This document shows positions 13,162 to 27,873 of a DNA stretch of 64,000 nt, piece by piece. Below the pieces are notes generated by a model. It was not told the DNA's origin. It did no database searches and worked only from the letters and a program-made list of their open reading frames with translations. The DNA lies in NCBI GenBank assembly GCA_016748015.1, contig JAAOMT010000135.1, positions 1,220,498 to 1,284,497 of the forward strand, written 5' to 3'. Origin of the DNA: Geosiphon pyriformis uo1 (Eukaryota > Fungi > Glomeromycota). Both the position numbers and the translations under genes were made by a program. How positions within the stretch are numbered: the stretch's first letter is position 1; the number at the start of each line of letters is the position of its first letter.

Positions 13162-14515
13162 ATGCAGCAAAACAAATCTTTAAAGTACGGGTTGAATCTA
13201 AATTCTTTCAAAAAACCTGTTGCGACCCGGATACGAAGAGCATCAGTTTTTGAAGCCGCCGACGAGGATGAAGTTCCTCAATCGTCAAAGAATGTCAAGA
13301 ATGTAAATCGACAGTTGGGACAGAGTTCATCTATTAGCAAATCAGTACAAGAGCAACATGAACAGGTTTTATCCGAAGATCCTACAGTTTTTGCTTACGA
13401 CGAAATATATGACAACATGAAAAGTGTATCGAGGAAGAAAATCGAGGAAGCTCAAGGATCAAGAAATCAATTAAAAAAGGTGACGTTTACTAATTTCTCT
13501 GTTTGTGGTCTTTAATGATTTATTTTACCTTTATTGATTGAGTCTTTTCGAAAAACAGGCTAAATATATAGACAATTTTTTAAGAGCTGCTGAAATTCGT
13601 AAACGTGACTTAGCCCATGCACAAGAGCGCAAGATTCAAAGAGAAAGAGAAACTGAAGGAGATGAATTCGACGATAAGGAAATATTTGTCACATCAGCGT
13701 ATGTCAAAATATCTTTTTTATCTTTCCCGATTTGATTTTTCATTTTGGAATTCTTAACGAAACTTTGTTTTAGCTACAAAATCCAAGCTGAAGAGTTGAG
13801 AAAAATGGAAGAGGAAGATAGAAAAAAAGGTACTTATAATTTTTTAAATACATTTTATGCAGATTTCTCAATTATTCTATCAGTATTCATGTGTTTACTT
13901 TGAATTCTAGAGAAAGAGCAATCAAACAAAGGAAAATACATGTCAAGTTTTTATCGAGAATTACTTGATCAGACAAATACCGCTAAAATTGAAGCAATAC
14001 AAGCCAGTCGCGCCTCGATTAAATTACCCGCCTCTAAGAATCTACTACCTTCTAATAAAGTACAAGAGGACGAAAAAATTCGTGATTTGTCTTATGAAAC
14101 TGACAAAGCATTGGCTGATATGGCGATTGCCTCTGGTTTAAAAGTTGTGTTGAATGATGACGAGAAAATTATAGATAAAAGGCAACTTTTATCTGCTGGT
14201 TTGAATGTCCCTAAAAAGAAACTGGCAACTAATTCGGGGTCTTATCAAAACTATCCCCGATCAAGTGACAATAACAAATATAATCAACATGGAGTTAAAG
14301 GTTCGCTTTCATCCTCAAACCGACAAGAAATGGATCGTCGCGAGAGACAGAGTCGTGATATAGAAAAACAAATATTAGAAACGCAGCGAAAAGCAGAAGA
14401 TGAGCAAAAACTAAAAGATGAGAAGCTAATCCAAAAACTAGCACGGAAAAATGACGAAACAACAATTTCAGATGCGAGGGCAAGATATCTAGCTCGAAAA
14501 AGTAAAGAAGTGTAA
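13162..14515 (+). CDS. NSRP1: NSRP1/CCDC55-like nuclear speckle splicing regulatory protein (DUF2040); exons 13162-13479, 13559-13698, 13774-13829, 13911-14515
   Basis: EDPTVFAYDEIYD, KYIDNFLRAAEIRKRD, ERETEGDEFDDKEIFVTSAYK, C-terminal ARARYLARK; three frame-preserving GT-AG introns. Confidence 0.9.
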
Positions 14516-15144
14516 AATTAGGGGCTCAATCTCAAATTAATTGATTATCGACAGCTGGAAAATGAATCTTTTCTCTTGCACCCGTTAAATGTATCGTATT
14601 TTAACTGTTTCGTAAATTGCTTATGGATTTTGTTTTTTATGCTGAAAGTATTGATCTACACCGAGATTTTTTCTTTTTTTAAAGTAGATACGGTCAATGT
14701 TGATGGCTCGATTCACTACGTTAATTTTGCCATAAAGTGCTTGCGAACTCTACAGACCCGATTTGAGCTTTGGAGATTATGTTGGTAATTTTGCCCAGAC
14801 AAAATTAGTCAACGTAAGATGGACAGAAATCATCGCCCGAGACATTGTTTATCACTGAAATAAAATGGGTTGTATTTTGTATGGTAAAAGCATATATGGG
14901 TATATTTGCCCATTTAACGCTCGGAGCTCTAACACAGTTTATATTATTTTCACGGAGAAATAATCTACTTTTATTGTAAATGTATTCAGAGTTTTGCAAA
15001 CTCCGAAGGGAATTAAAATTGAACCTCATAGTAACACGACAGGGTGTTGAGCCTTTAGAAATTTAGCCTGAGGCACTCTGGAGAAATCTATTTAGGAGTT
15101 CAAGTTTCTTTTTTTAAGGATTCGAGAAACCTCAAATACTGCTC

Positions 15145-16145
15145 ATGTCATCAAAAGTACTATTATTAAAAGAAAAGCCTCGTCAGAAATTCAAGGTCAA
15201 CGAGAAAAAGCAAAACAAAGCCACTGATATTGAATATGATGAGGAAAATTCATATGAAAAAGCATTTGTGACTCGAAACTATCAACCATTTTTTCTTCCA
15301 GTCTTATCAAGCACCTTTGTAAATATCGAAGAGTTAACGCGACTTTTGAAAAATGAACCCCAGAAGAGCAAAATTTGGGGTATTGTAGTGACAAGCCAAC
15401 GTGCAGTTGAAGCCTTATCAGAAGCATGGAAGCAGCTTGGAACTGGTATAATACTCTTAATGAAGCTGGATTTGAGTTAATTTTTTAAAATATCATTTGT
15501 TTATTTGCAGGCCTGTCAAAAGATATTCGCGAAGCATGGAAAAATATCCCATTCTTTACGGTAGGCAATGTGACAGCTGAGGCTGTAACACGAAATCTCG
15601 GATATAAACCTCTTGGTGCAAAAGAGTCTGGAACAGCAAATGCCTTGGCCGATCATATTGTCTCTTTCTACGAGAATCAATTGCAAAAGAACTTGCAAGG
15701 AAGCAATGATAGCAACAACAGGATATCTGTGGTGAATTCCACCTCAGGTTCAACTATTTCCTCATTATCGCTTCTATTCCTTGTGGGTGATAAGCGACGT
15801 GACACTTTACCACAAAAATTGGTTAAATCAGGAATCAACTTGCGTGAATTGTTAGTCTATCAAACCAATGGACGACCTAACTTTTCTCAGGAATTGGAAA
15901 ATTTTTTCGAGTATGAATGCAATAGTAAAGTTGATTGGATAGTTTTTTTCAGTCCTTCTGGTGTCGATGTTGCTTTGGACCCATTAAAAAACAAGAGTTT
16001 TTGGTCACATGTAAAGATCGCTACTATTGGCCCAACTACACGAGACTACCTTACCGAAAAGAAAGGTGTTGAGGTGCATGTGGTTGCCTCGAAACCTAAT
16101 CCTGAAAACTTGGCTAGTGCTATTGAAACCTATTCGCAACAATAA
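15145..16145 (+). CDS. HEM4: Uroporphyrinogen-III synthase; exons 15145-15445 and 15511-16145
   Basis: GIVVTSQRAVEAL, FTVGNVTA, LFLVGDKRRDTLP, WIVFFSPSGV, IATIGPTT, ASKPNPE; one GT-AG intron. Confidence 0.93.
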
Positions 16146-16819
16146 ATGATGGTAATTCTAAAATTTGTAGAAGATTTAAACAGCAATAAATTAGTTTCAA
16201 TATGTGTTTTATTTTAATAACCTTTTTTTCTTCTAATTTTCATAGCCACAAGCAAAGCAAAGAGTAAAATGGGAGCGAACATTACTTTTATAGTAAATCA
16301 GAAAACAATTCTTTAAATACTTTAAATACAAACAACTTTTGATGTTTTAAAAGCACTTTTTTTTTTGGTTAAAAGTTTTTTTATCAAAGTTTTTACAAAA
16401 TAACACATTAATTTCAGTTTTAGTGCTATTATTAAGATTTTTGGTTTTAAGTTTTTAAAAAATTTTAATTTATTGCCACTGTTTTAAAATTTGTTCGTTA
16501 TTTTTGAAAATAAGACTTTAATTATAAACAATAACATTTTTTAATTTGAATGTTAACAATAACAATAGTATTTTTTAACTTATTTTTTTTACAAATTATT
16601 GCCAATTATAAAAGCAAACCAAATTATGTTTTAACACACAGCTTTTAATTTAAAAAATTAAGTTAATAATATAAAAACTAAATCAATTTTCTTTCTTTTT
16701 TAAAAATATTAAACTAATAAGTTTTTAATTTTTTTAATAGATTAAACAAATTATGTATTTATTATAAAAAAATACAAAAGTATGTTACATAAATATTAAA
16801 CACAATATTTGTATTTGGC

Positions 16820-17690
16820 TTTTTTATTTTTTATTTTTTTTTAATATTTAACAAGTAAAATCCAAATATTACTTAACACAATACATCAAATTAAATAATC
16901 TAAACTAGACATGAATTATATACTTTCTATATATAACTAGTTACTTAAGCCAATTAGAACAACATTACAGATTTATTTTAACAAAAACATTATAATTAAT
17001 TTCAAAAAAAAAGCACAAAATTTGTATATATTAAAACTAATATTATGTATTTCTACAATTTTAAACAACTTAATAATATTATCAAAAAGCACAAATATTA
17101 GACTATATACTATTGAAAACATAAAACCAGATTATTTTTTCTTAAGACTGTTTGTATTTAAACTACATTAACCATATTTTTTTATAATAAACTATATTTA
17201 AATTATATATAAAACCAACAATTTTCTTAACAGCAATCTAAAAACAACCAAAAATAAATAAAGTCTCCAAATATTACTTTTTAAACATAATACTTTTGTA
17301 TAAAACAATATAAATTATATTATTAAATATACATAAAAAAAACAACTATAAAACATAAAAAAATAACAAACTTAAATTTAACAAAAAACTTTACAAAACT
17401 ATATATAATTTAATCAACTTTTTACAAACAACAAAATTCAATTTACATGTAAAAAAATAATTAGAAAATTTTATCTCTTTATAATAAAGATACAAAATAC
17501 TAAGATATTTTTTATTGTATATATATTTATAAATAGTAATAAGCAAATAATAATACAAAGTTTTTATGAAATATAAATGCAGATTAGCAGAAGTTTTATT
17601 AGTGAAACCAAAGACCATATGTAAATTAAGATATTAAATCAAAACAGTTTAATCTTAGTTAATATCCTTAATAATATTTATATTTATAAT
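16820..17690 (-). mobile_element. Decayed LINE 3' end with poly(A) tail
   Basis: ORF 17391-17618 (GFTNKTSANLHLYFIKTL) matches the LINE ORF2 C-terminus; reverse complement of the 3' UTR motif at about 16850-16960; T-run at about 16820-16842. Confidence 0.75.
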
Positions 17691-17699
17691 ACTAAAACT

Positions 17700-17862
17700 A
17701 ATAAAAGAAACCATTAATTAAATTTCTGTTCATTATACAAAAAACTCAATTAAAATCTTTAAACTCCAAAACTTTCAGAAGTTACCAATATTTCCAGCTA
17801 TTGAGCACTAAATTATGAGTTTGTTATTTGTTTTAACACCTTAAATAATTACTTATAATAAC
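17700..17862 (+). repeat. Decayed 3' end (U5) of a Gypsy LTR
   Basis: aaatttctgttcattatacaaaaaact ... gagcactaaattatgagtttgttatttg ... aaataattacttataata matches the U5 of elements A-C. Confidence 0.7.
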
Positions 17863-17864
17863 AT

Positions 17865-20800
17865 ATTTATTTCTTAAACTTTACTAGCATAATTTTGTTG
17901 GCTGGTTTAATAAGCTGAAAATTGGTTAGTACATTACTATTGCCAATTTTTAATTTTATTAGATGCAAGTAATTTTCAGTTTTTGATTTTTATTAGTAAT
18001 TTAAGTAAGAAGTTGAAGTTGTATTTAAATTTGTTGGGATTAGTAAACTATTTATGGTTGTAATAGTTAATAGATTATTGAAACTGGTGCTTAATAAATT
18101 GAAGATAAATATATTGGTTGTTGTATTATTGATACATGATAAGATTAATATTAATATAGTTTTAATAACAAATTGTTGATATAGTTTAAGATTTAAAATC
18201 TGTAATCAGAGTTTCAATATTAATTTTCTGATTATTGGCTATTTAATTTTGTCTTATAGTTTATTTTCAAGTGTTTTTGTTTATTACAGTAATGGCAAAT
18301 ATGTGTTTCTTACTATTATAATTGAATTGCTACAGATAATAATAATAAACATAACTAATTTTAGAACTGATTAAAGTTTTTTTAATGATCATAACATTAA
18401 AAAAGTTAATAAATTGTCTAATTACTAGCTAAATATTTCTTAATTTTCTGATTAATTGTTTTTCCAAATTGCTTTAATTTGGTATTCAATTCAAATAATC
18501 TATTCATTATTAGATTTATAGCTTGAACATAATTGGTTTTAAGTTTTGCTAATTCGAAATTTTTGATATAAATAACTGTGTTTTGAAGAGTATTTGAATG
18601 TAATAAGCATACTTGTTACAAAAGACTACTGCATAATTCTTGAATAAATTGGTTTAATATTTAAAGTATTGTAAAATAATCCATGTTAATTGCTTGAATC
18701 TAGTGCAGATTTCTATGAAAACATCTCAAATAAGTGATAACTGCTTTAATATCATTTTGCTTAATTGTGGTAAAGTCAGTTAATAGACAATTAATAATAT
18801 TATGATTGCTAAAATATCATAAAAACTCAATTTTAAACACATTAAAAATTTGTGGTTTTTTAATTAAGCTTTAATATCATAAATTAACAATGTTTTATAA
18901 AAATAGAAAATTACTTAAAAGACTTTGATATTATCTCAGTTATTTACTACAATTGTTTTGGCTATATTATTAAGTTAAGCTTAAGCATTATTTTCTTTGT
19001 CTGTAAATTTTTTTAATTTGACAATAGATACATATATTATTAATACAAGTAGTTGTTGTTGTTGTTGTAATAATTAAAAAGTGGCTATTGATATAATTGA
19101 TAGATTAATTCAGATAATTAAAAGTAAGTTTTGCTAAAGAATAAAAGTGGATTTGGATTGTTCAAGTTTTGCTAAGTTTGAATAATTGGAATTTGAATTT
19201 TTGAATTATTTGAAATTGGGTTTTGATTATTACTTTTTTGATTGTTATTTTTTTTGATTCAGTTTTTATCTAATTACTAATAGATCTGAAATTAAGTTAA
19301 AGTAACAGTAATTGAAATTCAGATAGAGTTGTTAGTCATAATTTAAATCTTTTAAAATAATTATTATAGGTTTCTATTAGCTTAAATTTCTTCTAATTGT
19401 TTTAAAATAAGACTCTTATTAATAGTGTTTCCATATTGAATATGGCTATCACTATTAATGTTATCTGGATAGTACTTCTGAGTGTATAATAATATAATAG
19501 GTTAATAAGTAAAATAACTCTTGGTTTCTTCCAAGTAAGCAGTTGTATTTTTCTTGGTGTTTTTGCTAGAGTTTGTAATTTTTTTTTTGTCTATAAAGAT
19601 AATAAAAAATTTCTGTTGAGTGTAATTCTCAATTTTTCAATTTATTTTTGTGATAAATAAAACAAACAAATAATTTTGTAGAAGCATAATGCTTTAAAGT
19701 AATTTACTGTAAAAATTTTTAAAAGTAATATTTAAATCTCTTTGGTTTTTTAAGTAGTATATAATTTTTTTGTTAATATAACAATTTAAAGCTAAATTTG
19801 TTGGCCAATTATTACTTGTTAATCTAAAATAAGTTTGATAATATTAGAATAAAGCTTTTATAAATTTTAAATGATTTGTTTCTATTTTTTTTAATTCTGT
19901 CACTGTTTTGAATAGTTAATATTAGTGTTGGTTTTTATTAGATTATATTTCACAAAAAGCACTAAATATTATAAATGATTATTTGGGGTGTTGAAATAAA
20001 TAACAAACTCATAATTTGGTATTTAATAATTATTAATAATAATAATTTCTAAAGATTTTGTGATTTAAAAATTTTGATTAAATCTTTTATATAATAAACA
20101 GAAATTTAGTTAATGGTTTTTTTTATGAATTTTTTTATTCAGAATAGTGACTAGTTTAATCTGACAGTTATGTTTTTTTAGTAAGCTATTCTTAAATTTT
20201 TTATTTTTGTTTCATGAGTTTTTTACCAAATTATTCTTAATATTAATAACTCAATACATAATTATTTTAATTAATTAATAAACAACAAAAAAATAAAAAT
20301 AAAAAAATAAAAAAAATAAATAAAAAATTAATATTCTGCCAATAACTATAATCAAAAACTATTGGTTCAATGTAATTAAGTATTGAATTTTATTAACATA
20401 AATTATTAATAATATAGAAGTAATTAATATTTTTTTAATTAAATAATTACAATATGAATTGAATAATAATGATTATTTTATTAATATAAATATAATTCTA
20501 CTTTAAGTTATACAAAACTATTTTTTAAAGAGAAAGATATTTAATAATTACTTGTTTTTAGTTATTGTTCTGTTTTTTCTGCTTCTACTATTCTCATTAT
20601 ATATATATAATTCATATTATATAAAATCTTACACATTTTTATTCTTTTTCTATGCTACTTCCTGAAAATATGTTTACTTATTGAGTATTATTCTCTTATT
20701 TGTCTATTTTATGATCTGTTTTTTTTATCTTTTTCTTGTACTCTTTTTCTATGAATAACAACATTTTGTATTTTTTTTCAAATAATATACAAGCTTTTAT
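17865..20800 (-). mobile_element. Decayed Gypsy 5' half: LTR (about 19968-20800), PBS relic and gag
   Basis: Colinear with gag of element A; PBS relic aaaagcactaaa at about 19955-19967 abuts tattataaatgattatttgggg; LTR hairpin motif relic at about 20340-20365. Confidence 0.75.
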
Positions 20801-23800
20801 GAATAAAAACTTTTTGTTATAATTTTTGCATTTAAGTAAAATATAAGATAGTTGTTTTTTTGGTTTTAGTTTTAAGTATAGAATATATTAACTGTTAACT
20901 AATTTATTTATGAAAATAAACTGTTAACTAATCTCTTTAGATCATAATAATATTAATTGTAATGTAAATATTTTGAATAATTATTTAGTTTTTTTAACCC
21001 AATTGGACTAAAAGTTAAATGCCATGTAAGTTTTAGTTATTAGTTGTTTTTTTTTTAAATTCGAAAACTAGAACTTTTTTGAATTGTTTGTTAAAAATAT
21101 TACAAATAACAAATACTCTAATATATTGGTCTTAATAAAAAATCTTTAATTTTTAGGCTTTTTAATCTAAATTTATATTGGCTTTAAGAAACCAATCATT
21201 TTAATGAAAATCTAATATTGAAATATATTTATAACAAGAACTTTAATTGAAATAATAATTTTATTTACTGTAAAAAAAAAATTGTCAATTTTTTCTACTG
21301 GTGTTTTTTTATATTATTAGCAGTAACAATAATTGTTTGAGCAAATCTGTTAATGTTTTTTTTAAGTTGTTATATTAATTAATAAGTAATAATATTTCTA
21401 GCTAATCTATTATTCAAAATTAATCAGATCACTTTTTTTTCAACTTTTACTTTAGTGTATATTGCTATAATAACTTTTTGTTCTAAAACTGTTGTATTGT
21501 TAAGTAAAAAAAATAATTTATTGATTTCAAATTTAAATGAAAATATGTTTAAAATATTGGTATTTTTGGCAATTTTTGTTAGTAGATTGTAATATTATTA
21601 TAGAAAAAATTTTGTTGTTGTGTTGTAATTTTATCTTCTAAAAGTACAATAGAATAAAAATTCTGGTTTTTTAGTATTGTAAAATAGCTTGGTTGAGTAT
21701 AAAAATATCTAAATGACTATTAATTATTGTTGTAAAATATTAATTAATAATTAGAACCAAATCTATTGTTTAATTAAAAATAGTTTTGTGGTCTAAATTG
21801 GTTAAATTAAATCAATATTTGACTAGTAGTTAATAACTCTAAACTAAAAGTTAATAATACAGTTGTTGTAATAAAGCAAATTAATAATAGTTAATTTGGA
21901 GTTTTGAAAAATAATAGACAAATAGTAGTAAGTAATATAATTGCTATTGTTAAAAAAAATAAAGTTGATTATTTTGTTGTTGTTGGTTTTATTATATCTT
22001 TTTGCAATTACATTTTTAATCTTTTGGAATTCTACAATAGTAGCAGTTTAATAATTGGGATTGTCAGATAATAAGAAGTTTTCTTGATATTTTTACTATA
22101 GTAATAATACTTTTATTGTTAATTAGTAAAATATGTTTCAAATTTTTTTATAAATTGATTAATTTTTTCCTTAGCTGCTATACTAATTTCTTCAATTATC
22201 AAGTTGACAAGTTTAATATGGTTGGTTTTTTTTATTGTTATTTTGTAGTTTTTAATATATTAAATAACAGTAATTAAATCTTCTAAAGCATATAATCAAA
22301 CTTTTTTAATAAGTTTGTTTTTAAGTTTTGTAATAAATTAATCTAAAACTTAAATATTAGAATAGTAAGCATTTATTTCTAGCTGGGAAATTTTTTTAAG
22401 AAGTTTGTTAAACTTTTTAATATAAATCATAACAAATTTAAATGGTTTTTGTTTAATGTTTTAAAAATAGTTTCAAAAAATAATTAAAGTATTATTGTTA
22501 ATAAACTATTCAAGAAAAACAGTTTTAAAAACTGTTTAGTTTGCAAAAAAACAGCCAAGTTTTCAAACTATTTGTCTATAGTTTTTTAAGAAAATAAGAA
22601 ATTGCTTTTAATATTCTAATTGCATTCTATCTGTTTGTATTTTTTGTTTTAATAACTTGGTTAAGTTATTTTTAAGGACTGGTCTCGGTATTTTTTTTAG
22701 AGAAATCAGAAATTTTTGCAATATATAAAGTCTTTTTTTTATTTTTTTTATTGTTTGTAATTTTATTTTTTTTATTTTTTTTAATTGGTTCAGAAATGTT
22801 TTCTTTGTTGGCTAATGTTTCTAAATGTTTTTTTTGTTTTTTGCTAAATAATTAAGAAGATTAGTGCTAGTATAAATTAATTTTAACTATTAAGTTGGAT
22901 TTTTGGTAAAGTTTTTTGGTTTTAAAAATTGATTGAAAAATGAGTTTGGTGTTTGTATTTAAGCAAGTAAAGTTAAAAAAAATGCGATTAAAAATAGTAG
23001 TTTAGAACTGGTTTTTTGTTTAAATATTTGCAAGTATTGAAAGATTGTTTTGGTGTATTAAATGTTGTGCAAACTAGTTAGATGTTTTTTATTTGTCTTT
23101 GTTGTTTGTTTTTGGTTTTGATTTGAGTTTAAAAACAAATTATAAGTTGGCAGAATATTTTTTTTACAAAACTTAATAATGTTGTAATCAAGTTCTTTAA
23201 AATAAATAGCATAATTATTAGCATTGATATTTTTTGAGTTTCTGTTTATGATAAAATTTTCAAGAAGATTTTGCTTAATTTTTGTAATATTTTAGTTTTT
23301 AAAAAAATAATTATTGATTCAGTTTTCAATATATTAAAAAAGTATTTTTTTAAAAGCTATGATTTTATCTTGAATTCCAAATTATTGTTTGCAGTAAGTG
23401 TAAATTAACTAATAATACTTTAGAGTTGTTATGTTAAATATAATTACCACTTTAATTTAATTATTGCTGTATTATTTTTAAGAAAGCATTAAATATTACT
23501 AAAGATTTTTTTATCTTTTTTTAATGTTGTAAATATTATTTTGTTATTATTTCTGTTGTTAATAGAAGTTGGTAAACTTTTAATAAGCTAATTTTTCTTT
23601 TAAAATATCTCTTTATATTTTGAACTGTATATGTTATTGGGCTTATAATAAAATAATCAATTTTATGCCAATTATTTATATAATTACTTTGTAGTAAAAG
23701 TCAACTTTTTTACAGAAAAATTTTATTTGTAAGTTCTTCAAAAATATGTGTAGTTACTTTGTTGTAAAAAGCAACTTTTTTACAGAAAATTTCGACTATA

Positions 23801-25320
23801 GACTATCTAATAATATAAAAAATAAAAATAAAAATAAAAATAAACTAAAGAAAAGAAATAAAAAAAATATTAAGAAAGTTGTTTTAGATCTAGATTTAAA
23901 AATTGCTAACAATTACTAAAATTAGTAGCTAATTAATTTTAAAATATTAATATAAAATGACCAATTTCACAATAAAAATAATTAAGAATTTTTATGTTTT
24001 TAAAGTAAGTTTTATTAATTTGTATAAAAGATATTAGAAAAAACATTAGTTTTAGTTAAAATAAAATTCTAACTAAAATATATTTTTTCAAAAAAAAAGC
24101 TCTTTTTTTATACAATTTGTTATAGTATTATTTTATAATCTAGTATTTTTTTTCTTAATATTTTATTAAACTACAAGTTATTTCTGTAAATTAAAAAATT
24201 ATTTTTGTGAATTTTTGAATATTTTATCGAATTACTAAATACTTTAACAAATTTTAAATGTTATATAGTTGGGTATATTATATAATTTAATCATTATAAT
24301 TTGGTTTTATTTGTGTTTTGTACAAATTGAATTATTAATTGAATAATAATTTAATTAATTTAATTAAAATAATAATATATACTAATTAATAATAAGAATT
24401 ATAAAAATAATTTTATGTTAAATAATATTTCAAATTTTGATTAGTAACAGCAATTCTAACAAAATAATTAGAATATTCTTTTAAGTTTTTATATTAGTTA
24501 TTAAAAATCTTTAATTAATACTAATTTTTTTGGTCTTTAATATTATGTATTCTGTTTTTTTGTTTATTAAATACTATTTTATATTTTGTTTTAACAAAAA
24601 ATTTGTTTTAAAGTTAATACTATAAAACTTTAATTATTTTTGAATAATATCAAATTTATTATATTAAATTTAATTAGTTTTATATAAAACTTAATAATTA
24701 AAAATAAAAATTACATATAATTTTTAAGACAAAATATGAAATTAATTTAAAAAAACATAATTTAATAGTTTAAAATAGTTTATTGTTAACTTTTATTTAT
24801 AATTAAACAAATAGTTTTTTAAATAATATAATTAAATTACTTAATATTAATAAAATTTATAATATGTGTTTTAATTAATATTTATTTTGTTTTATTTTTT
24901 TAAATATATATAATAAAATTAAGATTGTAATAAGTATATAATTTAGTTTTAATTAACTTAAATAATTGGTTATATGTAAAAAATATGTAAGTTATATCTA
25001 ATTTTAAATATTATACTAAATAATTATTAAATTTTACAAGTAAAATAATAATAAAAAAATAATAATAAATATATTTTTGTTGTAAATTATAAAAAAAAAA
25101 ATACCAATTAAAATAAAAAACAATATTTTTAATAAAGTTGCAATTAATTTAAGTAAAAAAATAATTAAAATTAAATTAAATATAATTTAAATAAAATAAT
25201 AATAATTTTTTTGTTAATAATAAAATACTTAATTTTATAAAAGCTTTAAATTTTAAATATTAAGTTTAATATAAATATAATTGTTAAATAAATAAAGAAT
25301 TTGATTAAAAATAATAATAA
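20800..25320. mobile_element. Heavily decayed retroelement relics, including a LINE 3' end at about 24945-25010 (+)
   Basis: Very low GC; LINE 3' UTR motif ttttaattaacttaaataattggttatatgtaaaaaatatg; remainder not assignable. Confidence 0.5.
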
Positions 25321-25465
25321 TTTTGTTAATATTATATAAAAAAAAAAACTTTTTTCTCTTCTATGTCCAAATTTTTTAAAGAGCAGTTTTTTAAAAAAGA
25401 AGTTTTTTGTTTTTTATTCTTCTAGTTATATTATTTTTAACATTTTTTAACCTAATAATTCTTTT

Positions 25466-27346
25466 GTGGTAGATCTAAATACTGTTTTGAGTAGTAGTAT
25501 ATCTAAGAAAAAAACTCTTAAAAATGCTTTTTATGATTTTGTAGATGATATTTTTTCTCAAAAAAAAAAAGTTTCTGTTAACAATATTAAGTATTCTGGT
25601 GATAAAAAAAAAATTTCTTTGGTCAAATCTGGTGTTAATAATAAAATATATTTAGATATGAATAATAAATTTAGAAATAATAAGATTAGTAATGCTATAA
25701 TAAGCTTAGGTGGTGGTTTTCTTTTCAGTTCGGCTGTGTTAACTTCCAAAATTAAGAAAATTAATACTAGTTTGATTGGTAATTTTTCTATTGGTATTAT
25801 TGACTTTGGAATAGATGAAAATATGAATTTTTTTTTTCTTTTCTAAATATTTCTCTTAATAAAAGATAGATCAATTCTAAGATAGTAAAAACTCAGATTA
25901 AGGTGATTATTAAAAAATTTTTTATATTAGACATCAATTTTTTAGCTATAAAAGAAAAGTCAGCAACAGCAAAGATTCAATTTATTAAAAATTTTTTTTC
26001 AATAATCAATGGTTTTGAAAGGGTCATTACTTTTTCAAAATTTAAAAAAATTATCCAATCAGTGTTTACTTCTGAGAAAAACATAAAAAAGACTGTATTA
26101 TTGGTCAGGAAAAAAGACATTATTGTAAATACTGATTTTAAAAAACAAAAAATTAGGTTATATTGGACTGTAGTTATCAAGAAAATTCTCATAGATATGT
26201 TTAAAAATATGATTGTTACTGCAGTAGCTGAGTTTAGGGAAATTGTGTCAATTCATTTACAATTAATTAAACTGTAGCAAAAGACTATAGTCAAATTTGT
26301 CAAATCAAGTCAGACTAATTTGTTGGCTGTAAAATAATCATTTTTAATTAAAAAAAATTCTGTATACATAACCAAAGTTATAAGAGATAATAATATCTGA
26401 GTATTAAGAGATTAGTTTAGAACACTTTTGTTTACTTTGTTTGTAAAAACAACAGCTTATAATTTAAGTACTTTATTAGATAAGATTGATAAAAAAACTT
26501 GTATCATTAATTGTTTACTTGAAACTGGCAATCAGGTTCATTGTGTTGTGATTGGTTTTAAGTTTGATGAGAAATTGGAGTTTGCATTTTACATGAAACC
26601 AATTCTTGGTAGTATTAGACTATTTTGAACAAAAATAGATCTGGTTTGATATAAAAAGTGTGGAAAATTTGGTTATTTTGTTTTAAAGTATAATACAACA
26701 TTTAAATTCACTCTCAAGTCCCTAAAGTCATTTAAAAAATCTGTTTCTGAGACAAATTATCTTTAACTAGCCAGATTGTATGCTAAAAAATGTTTTTATC
26801 TCTTATTCTGCTGCTTTTAATGGCAAGTCATGGGCTTAAATGGTCTCAGTAGTATTCTCTTTTTATAATTTATTTTGTAGCTTTTGGTTTTGGTCTCTTT
26901 TTTCTGATGTCTCAGGTTCAGATAGTAGTTTTTTTTCTATTTTAACTGATAACTCATTTTTAGATGCTTATTTGGCTTCTTTGGAATGCTTCTTGGGGTT
27001 CTTGACAAATCAAATTTCTGGCTTAGTATGCAAACTCAACAACATATAATTAGTATTTTTGGCTTCTTTTCCTTTTTTTTATGACTTAATTATCTCAATG
27101 GCTGCTAATTTAGATCCAGATTTGGATATAGTTTTGAATAGTTCTAAAATAGTGCTTTTACTTCTTTTTTTTGTTGTTTTTATTGTTTTAGTTTTAAATC
27201 TGAATAGTTTAAAAGTTTTGATTACCAAAATAGTCAGTTTTGAGTTAAAAATGGTGACTTTAAAGATCTCTGTTAATTCAGTTCTGGCAAAGTTAGATCA
27301 GTTGTATTTAGGCTTAGGTTTTTTAATATTTTTTTTATCTCAATAA
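25466..27346 (+). pseudogene. LINE ORF1 (degenerate)
   Basis: Series of same-strand ORF fragments ending immediately before the endonuclease; start approximate. Confidence 0.7.
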
Positions 27347-27873
27347 GTAATTTAATTTGGAAAATTACTACATGCAATATTTATGGTGTCAATATTCCAG
27401 CTAAACAAGAGAATATCATGTATTGGCACATAAATTTAGGTAATATGATTTTAATTATTACAGAAACAAAATTAAAATTTAATATTAGACTCTGAATTAT
27501 AAACAAGTTTGATAAGATGCAAGTTTTCACATCTGGTTTGAATAAAAATTTTTTTGGTGTTGAAATAGCTATTATCATCAACAATTCTTTGGCTTGACAT
27601 GTGTCTAAAGTAGAAAAGATCTCTGATTATAATGTTTTAGTAAAACTGCTGTTTAAAAGAAAGTTATCTGTTATAATTTTAGATTTGTATATTAATATAT
27701 TTATTAAAACAAAATTTGGTTAGGCATCTGAAATCAATTTTTTTATCTCTAGAGCTGTTAGCTCCAGCACTTTTGTGGTATTAAAGAAAGACTTCAATAA
27801 AGATGGTCCAAAAAAAAGTACAAGTTTCAGGTTTTGTGTGGATTTGGAATTGGTTAGTTTTTTTTGTAGATGT
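27343..27873 (+). pseudogene. LINE ORF2, AP-endonuclease N-terminal part
   Basis: (M)SNLIWKITTCNIYGVNIPAKQE, ITETKL, decayed GDFN. Confidence 0.85.

Noticed and set aside
14576-15029. Two small ORFs between NSRP1 and HEM4
   Set aside because: No recognisable motif; region is adequately explained as UTR and promoter
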